NCBI GenBank assembly: GCA_031414955.1
Contig: JANOQV010000056.1
Location: forward strand, 32,001 to 96,000
Length of the DNA stretch: 64,000 nt
From: Pedosphaera sp.
GTDB lineage: Bacteria; Verrucomicrobiota; Verrucomicrobiia; Limisphaerales; SIBH01
Direction of reading: 5' to 3'
This document shows positions 9,423 to 17,471 of the stretch, piece by piece; within the stretch, counting starts at the first letter, position 1; each line of letters begins with the position of its first letter. The position numbers and the translations under genes were made by a program. Below the pieces are notes generated by a model. The model searched no databases, was not told the origin of the DNA, and was given only the letters and a program-made list of their open reading frames with translations.

Positions 9423-10564
9423 GGAAGCTCCAAGCTCCAAGCTCCAAGCTCCAGAGAAACATCAAATACCAAGCCTCAAGCGCGCACCTGAGCCGGTGTC
9501 GGCTGTTGGTGTTTGGAGCTTGGTGCTTCTTTGGATCTTGGGTCTTGGATCTTGAATCTTCTTCAGCGCACGCCGCTGACGCTCCTGCCGCTGTTCGCGA
9601 TCCCGTCCGCGTCGATGAAAAAACCGAGGCCATCATCAAAGGCGCGCTCAAGTGGCTCGCCTCCAAACAGTCGCCCAACGGCGCCTGGGCCGGCTCCGAG
9701 ATGGAACAGCAACATCCCATCGCCATCACCGGCTACGCGCTCATGGCCTTTCAGGCGGCGGGCCAGTTGCCCGGCGAAGGTGAGTACGGAAAGAACGTCT
9801 CCCTCGGGATGCAGTATCTCATCGACTCGATCACACCCGACGGCCTGATGGGCAACAAGCAGAACGGCCAGTACATGTACGGCCACGGCGTCGCGACCAT
9901 CGCGCTGGCCGAACTCTACGGGCAGACCAAGTCGCCGGCCGTGCGGGCCAAGCTCGACAAGATCGTGAAGGTCATCGTCAGCTCGCAGAACAACGAGGGC
10001 GGCTGGCGCTACCGGCCCATCGCCTATCAGGCCGACGTCTCGGTGACAGTGCTGCAAGTGGTGGGATTGCGCGCGGCCAAGAACGCCGGCCTGGACGTGC
10101 CGCAGAAGACCATCGACCAGGCCATCAGCTACGTGAAGAAATGCTTCCACGAACCCAGCGGCGGGTTCTGTTATCAGCCGGGCCAGACGCCGGGCTTTGC
10201 GCGCACGGCGGCGGCGATTTACTCGCTGCAAGTCTGCGGCCTCTACGATGACCCGATGGTCAAGAGCGGCTCCGAGTATCTGAACCGGAACTATCGGGAC
10301 TCGCGCGCCGAGTGGTTCACCTACGGCCATTTCTACGCCGCCCCCGCCCAGTATATGCGCGGGGGCGAGACCTGGGAGAAGTGGTACGGCCGCTTGAACG
10401 AAACCTTGGTCAAGCGCGCCACGGTCAAGGGCGACACCGCCTTTTGGGATTCCGCCGAGACACAACTCGATGGCGGCCGCAACGTGGGGCTGATCTACTG
10501 CACCAGTGTGTACACCATGATCCTCGCCATGCCCTACCACTACATCCCGCTCTACCAGCGCTGA
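9419..10564 (+). CDS. Prenyltransferase/squalene-oxidase repeat (terpene cyclase-like alpha/alpha) protein
   Basis: LKWLASKQSPNGAW, MYGHGVATIALAE, SQNNEGGWRY, DVSVT; ATGA overlap with the upstream gene. Confidence 0.85.
   Translation: MRKLQAPSSKLQRNIKYQASSAHLSRCRLLVFGAWCFFGSWVLDLESSSAHAADAPAAVRDPVRVDEKTEAIIKGALKWLASKQSPNGAWAGSEMEQQHPIAITGYALMAFQAAGQLPGEGEYGKNVSLGMQYLIDSITPDGLMGNKQNGQYMYGHGVATIALAELYGQTKSPAVRAKLDKIVKVIVSSQNNEGGWRYRPIAYQADVSVTVLQVVGLRAAKNAGLDVPQKTIDQAISYVKKCFHEPSGGFCYQPGQTPGFARTAAAIYSLQVCGLYDDPMVKSGSEYLNRNYRDSRAEWFTYGHFYAAPAQYMRGGETWEKWYGRLNETLVKRATVKGDTAFWDSAETQLDGGRNVGLIYCTSVYTMILAMPYHYIPLYQR
9425..9557. repeat. Heptamer-repeat inverted element (AAGCTCC arm / TTGGAGC-TTGGATC arm)
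   Basis: aagctcc repeats, then ttggtgt/ttggagc/ttggtgc/ttggatc repeats. Confidence 0.8.
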
Positions 10565-10630
10565 GATTCAAGCTGAACGTCACGCCCAGCTTCGACTGGG
10601 CAGGGCAAGGATTTGGGGGTAACAACAGGA

Positions 10631-12376
10631 ATGTTCATCCGGGCGATTCTACTCGCAGCTTCCATGGTGGCGGCTTCCACATCGGCCGGTGAGATCACTT
10701 TGCCTCCGCGACCGACGACGGCACCTGGAGGCCGCGCCTTTGCGCAGAGCATCACCAATCTGCCCTTTTCGGCGCGCGAAAAGGCAATCCAAACAGAGTT
10801 TACCCGGGGGAATGTTCCTGACTTCTGGCGGCGTTTCGTCGAGGTGAAGATGTCGCGCACCATCGATGGCCGCGAACTGCGCGCTTCCTGCTTCGTCGCA
10901 CCGGACTATCTCGCCATCGGATCTGACGACGACTATTTCCTCGCCCCGATCTCGCCCGGCACAGCCCAGGGCATCGCCGACGAGATCGACTGCCTTCTGC
11001 CGACCCGCCGCATGGTGGAGGCAATTTACGCGGCCGCTCCGGTCAAGCTCAAACCCGCTCCCCTCCCGCCAAGTGCGGCGATGGTCACCGTGCCGGTGTT
11101 CCTCCAGCACAACGAATCGGTACGACACCAGCGCGCCGAGCGGCTCACCCAATTTCCGTTAGGCACGCTCGTCGCCGGTCACAAAAAAGACGTGGTGATT
11201 TCAACCCGCCTCGCCGGTTCATCCGGCAAGGTGGCGATCTTCGGCTGGCACAAACCGGATGGACAACCCATCCAGCCACTTTACCTCGGCCACGACGAAT
11301 CGTGGACGGACTACAGCCACGGCGTGCGCTTGGTCCAGCGGCGGGTGCTCATAAATGGCGCAGCCACCACTGCGGAGGCGGTGCTGGCTGATCCGAGGCT
11401 GTCCGGATTGCTCAGTGACGAAGGGCCGCTGCACAGGACGCGATACCAGCCCTTGGTTCCGCCATCGCGGGCCGGCACGAATCGGTTCCAAGAACGGGAA
11501 GTCACATTGCATTTTCATCCGGAGGTGCGCGTCGTGGTAAATTCTCCCGCCGCTCCGGCCCCCCATAAGCCCGTCCGCCTCGTCCTCTTCGCGCTGCCCA
11601 ACGGCAATACCATCGAGCAAACCATCGGGCGGCGGTTCGAGCCGGGCGACGACTGGCAATTCAACATCCAGCACATCGGCGCACAAACGCGCTGGCTGCG
11701 CGAGCGGATGCCGGAGTCCAGCCTCGTCGTCGCCTATCTCGAATGCACCGGCAAATCCTGGCCGGCGTGGCGGGCGAAGCATGATCCTGATGGTCAACGC
11801 AGCGTCGGCATGGTGGCTGAACTGCGCCGGCAATTCGGCGGGCTGAAACCTGAACTCGTCCTCACTGGTCACAGTGGCGGGGGCAGCTTCACTTTCAGCT
11901 TCCTCAATGGCCTGGAGCAAATCCCGGATGACATCGGGCGCATCGCCTTCCTCGACAGCAATTACGCCTACGACGCGGCGCGCAGCCACCACACCAAGCT
12001 GGCGCGCTGGCTCAATGCCTCGACCAACCACTTCCTCTGCGTGCTCGCCTATCACGACCGCATCGCGCTGCTCAACGGGAAGACCTTTGTGAGCGAGAAC
12101 GGCGGCACCTGGGGACGAAGCCAGGCCATGCTCGCGGACCTCGGCACGCTGTTCCCCTTCGCGCGCGACGCCGATGCCCAGTGGCAACGCCACACCGCGC
12201 TGGGTGGCCGGGTAAAATTCTTCCTGAAAGAAAATCCCACCAAGGCCGTGCTTCACACCGTGCAGGTGGAGAGGAATGGTTTCATCCACGCCCTGGTCAC
12301 AGGCACGCCTGCGGAAAATCGTGGCTACGCTTACTTCGGTCCGCGTGTTTACGAGCCGTGGATTGCACCGGAGTGA
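10631..12376 (+). CDS. Secreted two-domain protein: uncharacterised N-terminal domain plus alpha/beta-hydrolase-like C-terminal domain
   Basis: Signal peptide; LVAGHKKDVV and DYSHGVRLV in N half; nucleophile-elbow LTGHSGGG in C half. Confidence 0.65.
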   Translation: MFIRAILLAASMVAASTSAGEITLPPRPTTAPGGRAFAQSITNLPFSAREKAIQTEFTRGNVPDFWRRFVEVKMSRTIDGRELRASCFVAPDYLAIGSDDDYFLAPISPGTAQGIADEIDCLLPTRRMVEAIYAAAPVKLKPAPLPPSAAMVTVPVFLQHNESVRHQRAERLTQFPLGTLVAGHKKDVVISTRLAGSSGKVAIFGWHKPDGQPIQPLYLGHDESWTDYSHGVRLVQRRVLINGAATTAEAVLADPRLSGLLSDEGPLHRTRYQPLVPPSRAGTNRFQEREVTLHFHPEVRVVVNSPAAPAPHKPVRLVLFALPNGNTIEQTIGRRFEPGDDWQFNIQHIGAQTRWLRERMPESSLVVAYLECTGKSWPAWRAKHDPDGQRSVGMVAELRRQFGGLKPELVLTGHSGGGSFTFSFLNGLEQIPDDIGRIAFLDSNYAYDAARSHHTKLARWLNASTNHFLCVLAYHDRIALLNGKTFVSENGGTWGRSQAMLADLGTLFPFARDADAQWQRHTALGGRVKFFLKENPTKAVLHTVQVERNGFIHALVTGTPAENRGYAYFGPRVYEPWIAPE

Positions 12377-12385
12377 AACGCTGCC

Positions 12386-13801
12386 TCACGGCTCGTAACG
12401 AACGGTCTCGTCGGCGTCCACTTTGTAACCCCACTGGGAGATGTATTCGGAGCCGGGACGGAAGTCGTCGTGCTGCGCGGCCAGCTTCTGCTTCAACAGT
12501 TCCTCCAGGCCGGATTGCAGGCGAGCGTGCCGGGGCTTCCCGACCAGATTGCTGAGTTGAAAGGGATCCGCTTCGTTGTCGTAGAGCAGCCAGGGTCCGG
12601 TGAGGTCACGGACATAAGTATAGTTCGCGCTGCGCAAGGCACGGTATTCGCGGCCCCCGCGCCGGCGGGTGAATTCCCCGAAGGGCGTAATGCAACGCAC
12701 GATGGTCGCGCCATCCGAGGGATCAAACCCACCGCGCATCGCGCCGGTGAAATCGAGTCCCTCAACCGTGGGCGGAATCGGCTGACCACAGAGGCTCAAC
12801 AACGTGGGCATCACATCCTCGGTGTTGATGGTGGCAGGATTGCGTTGCGGCTTGAGGCCGAGCGCCGCTGGCAACCGGAACATCATGGGCACCCGGGCCG
12901 ATTCCTCCCACGGCCGCTGCTTGCGCTGCTGGTCATGCGACCAAAGCATGTCGCCGTGATCGGAGGTGAAGACGACGATGGTGTTCGTGGCCAACCCGGT
13001 TTCGTCCAGCGTGCGCAATAGCTCGGCGAAGCAATCATCCAGCGCCGTGCAGTGCGCGTAGTAGCCGGCCAGTTCCTTGCGGGCGGCGGCCTGGTTTGAA
13101 GGCGAGACGTTCGGGTGCAGCTTGAGGTTCTCCGGCGCGTACATCGCGCGATACTTCGGCGGCGCGGTTTCATACGGATTGTGCGGCGGCCCCCAGGCCA
13201 GCCAGAGCAGGAACGGCTTCCCCGACTGTGCCCTGCCACGAAGGTATGCCTGCGCATCACGCGTCTGGGCGATGGCGTCGTAGCCTTCCCACTTCAGTTT
13301 CTCCGGCCCATCGGCGTAATACGGCGAGTTGTTATAGGCGTGGGTGCATTCGAGAACCTTCCAGTAACCGAAGCCCTGCCGCCGCTCCCGCGGAATAAAA
13401 GCCGAGCGGCTCCCGTGCCCGTCGATGTGCCACTTGCCGATGCAGCCCGTGTCGTAGCCGGCGGCCTTCAGCACCTTGGGCAGTGTCACGGCGTTCGTGC
13501 TCAACGGCACGTCGTTCAAAAAAATGCCGTGCGTCTGCGGCCGCTGTCCGGTGAGCAGCGATGCGCGCGTGGGCGAACAGACCGGCATGCCCGCCACCGC
13601 CTGGGTGAAGCGCACCGCCTGGCGCTCGAACTGATCCAGGTTCGGCGTCTTCACGTTCGGGTCGCCTGCGAAACCAAAGGCCTGCGCGCGCCATTGGTCG
13701 GCGATGACGAAGAGAATGTTCGGCGGCGCGGATTTCTCCGCCGCCGTGAGACTTCCGCAGAGTGCGCAGCAGAGAAACAGAAACAGACGATGGTATTTCA
13801 T
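12386..13801 (-). CDS. Sulfatase (formylglycine-dependent)
   Basis: PNILFVIADQ, CSPTRASLLTG, GKWH, FTSDHG; signal peptide from MKYHRL. Confidence 0.93.
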   Translation of the reverse strand: MKYHRLFLFLCCALCGSLTAAEKSAPPNILFVIADQWRAQAFGFAGDPNVKTPNLDQFERQAVRFTQAVAGMPVCSPTRASLLTGQRPQTHGIFLNDVPLSTNAVTLPKVLKAAGYDTGCIGKWHIDGHGSRSAFIPRERRQGFGYWKVLECTHAYNNSPYYADGPEKLKWEGYDAIAQTRDAQAYLRGRAQSGKPFLLWLAWGPPHNPYETAPPKYRAMYAPENLKLHPNVSPSNQAAARKELAGYYAHCTALDDCFAELLRTLDETGLATNTIVVFTSDHGDMLWSHDQQRKQRPWEESARVPMMFRLPAALGLKPQRNPATINTEDVMPTLLSLCGQPIPPTVEGLDFTGAMRGGFDPSDGATIVRCITPFGEFTRRRGGREYRALRSANYTYVRDLTGPWLLYDNEADPFQLSNLVGKPRHARLQSGLEELLKQKLAAQHDDFRPGSEYISQWGYKVDADETVRYEP

Positions 13802-14484
13802 GTCCGGCCGTAGCTTTGCACCGCGTCGCGCAACTCCTGTTTGTAGTCGCGGGTCGGCTCGCCGTAGCCCGCGCGGCGCTTTTGCAGCGCGGGCGCGATG
13901 ATCTCCGTGCGCGGATCGATCTCTCGCCCGAAGATGACGGGCCACAACCGCCGGCAATTGTTCGCCACGTCGTGCCCCTGCTCCTCGTCGAAGCTCGGAC
14001 GGAACAAATCCACCGCCATCTGCAATTCGTGAATCAGTTCCGCCTCGGTCGGATGCCCCGTCTTGCGGATGACGACGCGGAAAGCTTCAAGATCCTTTTC
14101 GTCCAGCCGGTTGAGTTTCGCGATGAGAATATCGATCGGATGCGGGAAACGAATCGTGCAGTGATCCAACTGGATGATTTGAGCCCGGTCGCGCCAGCGC
14201 GGACTGGTGCGGAAGTTCAGTTCACTGCTCACCTGAATGTAGAACTGCGCCTTGTCCTGCCCCAAACCGGCCGCATCGGCCAGTGCTCTCAGATCTTCCG
14301 AGTCGCCGAACAGATCGACATCAGCGCTGGTGAGTCCGGCATCAACCGTGATTTGGATGGGGGCAGAACCGAACACGGTCATGTCAAACCGGCGGTGATG
14401 CGGCAGTATGCTGACGAACTTGCGCAGCAATTCACCTGCTGGCGTGTCGAGATTTACCGAACCAGCCCATGAGTCCAGGTCCAT
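13798..14484 (-). CDS. Nucleotidyltransferase (DUF6036-like)
   Basis: Pol-beta-fold motif VFGSA...SADVDL; ILIAKLNRLDEKD. Confidence 0.7.
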   Translation of the reverse strand: MDLDSWAGSVNLDTPAGELLRKFVSILPHHRRFDMTVFGSAPIQITVDAGLTSADVDLFGDSEDLRALADAAGLGQDKAQFYIQVSSELNFRTSPRWRDRAQIIQLDHCTIRFPHPIDILIAKLNRLDEKDLEAFRVVIRKTGHPTEAELIHELQMAVDLFRPSFDEEQGHDVANNCRRLWPVIFGREIDPRTEIIAPALQKRRAGYGEPTRDYKQELRDAVQSYGRT

Positions 14485-14698
14485 ATAGTTTCCTTGCTCT
14501 GTTTGACCACCACGCCTGATCGAGCAGCCGGTTGGTCACGCCGGGATCGTCGGCCAACAGTTTCGCCAGTCGTTGATCGCGCGCCGTCCACGGCTGGCCG
14601 GCTTCCTTCTTCTGGATGAGCCGGGCCGCAATGCGCGCCTTGCGCCACCACGGGTCCATGAGGCGTTCGCGCTGCCGCGTTGGTTTCGGTTCGTTCAT
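14432..14698 (-). CDS. Small basic hypothetical protein, possible partner of the nucleotidyltransferase
   Basis: MNEPKPTRQRERLMDPWWRKARIAARL; fills the gap between the epimerase and the NTase gene. Confidence 0.45.
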   Translation of the reverse strand: MNEPKPTRQRERLMDPWWRKARIAARLIQKKEAGQPWTARDQRLAKLLADDPGVTNRLLDQAWWSNRARKLYGPGLMGWFGKSRHASR

Positions 14699-14763
14699 GC
14701 CGGCCGTTGTTTCGAGGATGGTAATGGCTTGGCCGGCAATTGCAACGGGGCCGCGGGCGGGCC

Positions 14764-15972
14764 TCATGGCTCGACTGGATGCCCGCCCAGTTCCCGCGCG
14801 CTGAACCACAACATGCGCGGCAGGTGGAACGGGCCTTTGAACAGGTTGCCCTTGGCCCGTTGCGAGACGGTGCCATCGCGATGCAGATATCCAAACCACT
14901 CGCCGTGCTCGCGGTCGGGAAAGTGCGCGAAGCTCCAGTCGTGGACCTGCGCGTGCATCGCGGCGTAACGCGGCTCACCGGTGAGCTTCCAAGCCAGCAG
15001 TGTGGCGATGATGGCTTCGCAGTGCGGCCACCAGAACTTCATGTCGTGCCAGTATTCCTGGACCGGCTTGCCGTGCAGGTCGGTGAAGTAAAGCAATCCG
15101 CCATACTCGCGATCCCAGCCGCGCGCCCACATCCAGTCGAGAATGCGCGCCCCGAGCGCGATAAGTCGCCGGTCTTGGCGCAACCGGCCCTCGTGCATGA
15201 TGAACCACGCGCATTCGAGGGCGTGACCGGGGTTCAAAGTGCGTCCGTCGAGGTGGTCGAGAATTGAGCCGTCGGGCGCGACGACTTCCATCAGCGCCTC
15301 GTGCTCTGGCTTTAGAAAATCGCGCTCGATCTCCGCGATGCTCGCATCAATCCAATCGCTGCACGTCTGCCCGGAGATCCTGATGTCGCCGAGGTTCGCG
15401 CGAAGCTCCTGCGCGGTGACGATACCGATCATGTGCGCGCCGATGCCTTTCGTCGGGCGCGTCGGCTCGTATTTCGGTAGCATCGCGCCCGGCTCAAAGC
15501 TGAAGCGCAGATACGCGGCGAACGCCTTCGCCGCGTCCTCCGCCGCGCGCGCCTCGCCGGCCGCTTTCGCGAACGCGGCGTAGCTGATCGCCGCGAAACT
15601 CTCGCTGAACACGTAGCGCCGCATCCGCAGCGGGCGACCGTCGCGCGTGACGGTGAAATACATTTTCCCCTCCAAGGAAGAACAGTGCCGCCGCGAAAAC
15701 TCGACGCACGAGCGCGCCGCCTCCAGCCACTCGGGGCGTTTCTCCACGGTGTTGAAAAGTGTGGCGAACATCCAGCCGGCCCGGCCTTGAAACCACACAC
15801 TCTTGTCCGAGTCGAGCAACGAGCCATCCCGATCCAGCGCGGTGAAGATGCCGCCATGCTCGCGGTCCAGTCCGTGCCGGAGCCAAAACGGGATCACGTC
15901 GTCGAGCAGTGTGGCGCGATAGAGCGCGGCCAGTTGCGCGCGGCGGGCGGGGTGGGTGAGGTCCGTAGTCAT
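14764..15972 (-). CDS. N-acylglucosamine 2-epimerase (AGE family)
   Basis: IPFWLRHGLDREHGG, DKSVWFQGR, NPGHALECAWF, MKFWWPHCE, KGPFHLPR. Confidence 0.92.
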   Translation of the reverse strand: MTTDLTHPARRAQLAALYRATLLDDVIPFWLRHGLDREHGGIFTALDRDGSLLDSDKSVWFQGRAGWMFATLFNTVEKRPEWLEAARSCVEFSRRHCSSLEGKMYFTVTRDGRPLRMRRYVFSESFAAISYAAFAKAAGEARAAEDAAKAFAAYLRFSFEPGAMLPKYEPTRPTKGIGAHMIGIVTAQELRANLGDIRISGQTCSDWIDASIAEIERDFLKPEHEALMEVVAPDGSILDHLDGRTLNPGHALECAWFIMHEGRLRQDRRLIALGARILDWMWARGWDREYGGLLYFTDLHGKPVQEYWHDMKFWWPHCEAIIATLLAWKLTGEPRYAAMHAQVHDWSFAHFPDREHGEWFGYLHRDGTVSQRAKGNLFKGPFHLPRMLWFSARELGGHPVEP

Positions 15973-17237
15973 GAGGCGCCCGCTGGCTCGGTGTTGCGCG
16001 GCCGGATCAACAGCACCAGCACGACGGAAACAACGGCCGCACCGGCGAAGATGCTGAAGATGATGTTCAGTGGCACACCACGATCTTGCAGCGTGCCGAA
16101 GCCCCAATCCGCGAAGCCACCGCAACTGATGCTGACCAGGTTCATCACCCCGTAGCCCGTGGCGCGCAATTCAGGCCGCACGATCTGGCAGAGGATGGGC
16201 ATGTTGTTGCAATCAAAGAAACCCCAGCCGATGCCGAACAGCACCAGGAACGCGACGGCCACGGCCAGCGTGCCGGCGTTGCCCACGCCAAACATGGCCG
16301 GCACGATGCAGGCCATGCCGATGGCGCTGACGTAAATGCGCCCCCGCTCCGTGCGGCGCATCCAGCGATCCGCCAGCCATCCGCCCAGCAGCGCGCAACA
16401 CAACGCCGCCACCTGCCAGTAAAGTGTGGCCGACACCCCCGCGCGGCCCTGACTGATGTTGAACTGCTTTTGCAGAATGGCCGGCATCCAGTCGCGCACC
16501 ACCCAACCCGCCAGCGCCGGCAAAGTGAAGTAGAGCACCAGCAGGAGGAAGGAAGTGTTGCCCAGCAAGGCTCCGAGCGCGCCCAAAGGCGAAGTCTTCC
16601 CCGCCGAGGTCACAGTGCCGCCCGTGCGCGGCGCATTCTTGAGCAGGAGCAGGAGCGGCAGCGCGTAAAGCACCCCGATGAGGCCGCAGACGCTGAAGGC
16701 CAAGCGCCAGCCAAGTTGCGGAGAGTCCGCGACGTAGCCGCTGAACCCGCCGATGATGACACCCGTGTAGATGCCCATTTGATGCACGCCCACGGCGCGC
16801 GACCTCGTTGGTCCGGTGTGAAAGTCCGCGATGAGCGCCAGCGCGGCGGGAATGTAGCAAGCCTCGCTGATGCCCATCAGCGCCCGCGCCGTCACCAACT
16901 GATCGTACGAAGTGACCTGCCCGGTCGCCCACGTCACCACCGACCAGACAAACAAACTTCCGGCGATGACATGCCGCCGGCTGAAACGATCCGCGAGGTA
17001 ACCGCCCACCGGACTGAGCACCGCATAGACCCACTTGAATGAGCCGAGCAGGAAGCCCCAGTTCTGTTGCGAGGCGATGTCCGGGATGTCGTGCATCACC
17101 GAGACCTTCATCGCGGCGAGCATCTGCCGGTCGAGATAGTTCAACAGCGCCACCGGGAAGAGCAGCGCCACGACCAGCCAGGCCGTGGAGCGGAGTGAGG
17201 GTAAAAAAGTCGAGGCGGCGTGCATGGGCGAAGTCAA
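15969..17237 (-). CDS. MFS transporter (anion:cation symporter-like)
   Basis: LNYLDRQ, GYLADRFSRR, about 12 hydrophobic segments. Confidence 0.92.
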   Translation of the reverse strand: MTSPMHAASTFLPSLRSTAWLVVALLFPVALLNYLDRQMLAAMKVSVMHDIPDIASQQNWGFLLGSFKWVYAVLSPVGGYLADRFSRRHVIAGSLFVWSVVTWATGQVTSYDQLVTARALMGISEACYIPAALALIADFHTGPTRSRAVGVHQMGIYTGVIIGGFSGYVADSPQLGWRLAFSVCGLIGVLYALPLLLLLKNAPRTGGTVTSAGKTSPLGALGALLGNTSFLLLVLYFTLPALAGWVVRDWMPAILQKQFNISQGRAGVSATLYWQVAALCCALLGGWLADRWMRRTERGRIYVSAIGMACIVPAMFGVGNAGTLAVAVAFLVLFGIGWGFFDCNNMPILCQIVRPELRATGYGVMNLVSISCGGFADWGFGTLQDRGVPLNIIFSIFAGAAVVSVVLVLLIRPRNTEPAGAS

Positions 17238-17353
17238 CGGGTCTTCCTCGGTTGCTCGGGTGAATTCATGCGGCGCAGTTTAGAAAGATGAGATTGGGAA
17301 TACAGCTTCAATGCGGGATGGCCTCATTTCGGGCGCATCATAAGGCCAGGCGC

Positions 17354-17456
17354 GGTAGGGCGCCGGTGTCCTCACCGCGCCGGGCTGCGACTCGACGGAC
17401 ACGCTCAGAATGGTTCACACCCCCACCCGGCGCGCTGAGGACAGCGCCGCCCTACC
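17354..17456. repeat. REPIN-like inverted REP doublet
   Basis: ggtagggcgccggtgtcctcaccgcgccg ... cggcgcgctgaggacagcgccgccctacc. Confidence 0.7.
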
Positions 17457-17471
17457 TGCGGATGCAATCGG

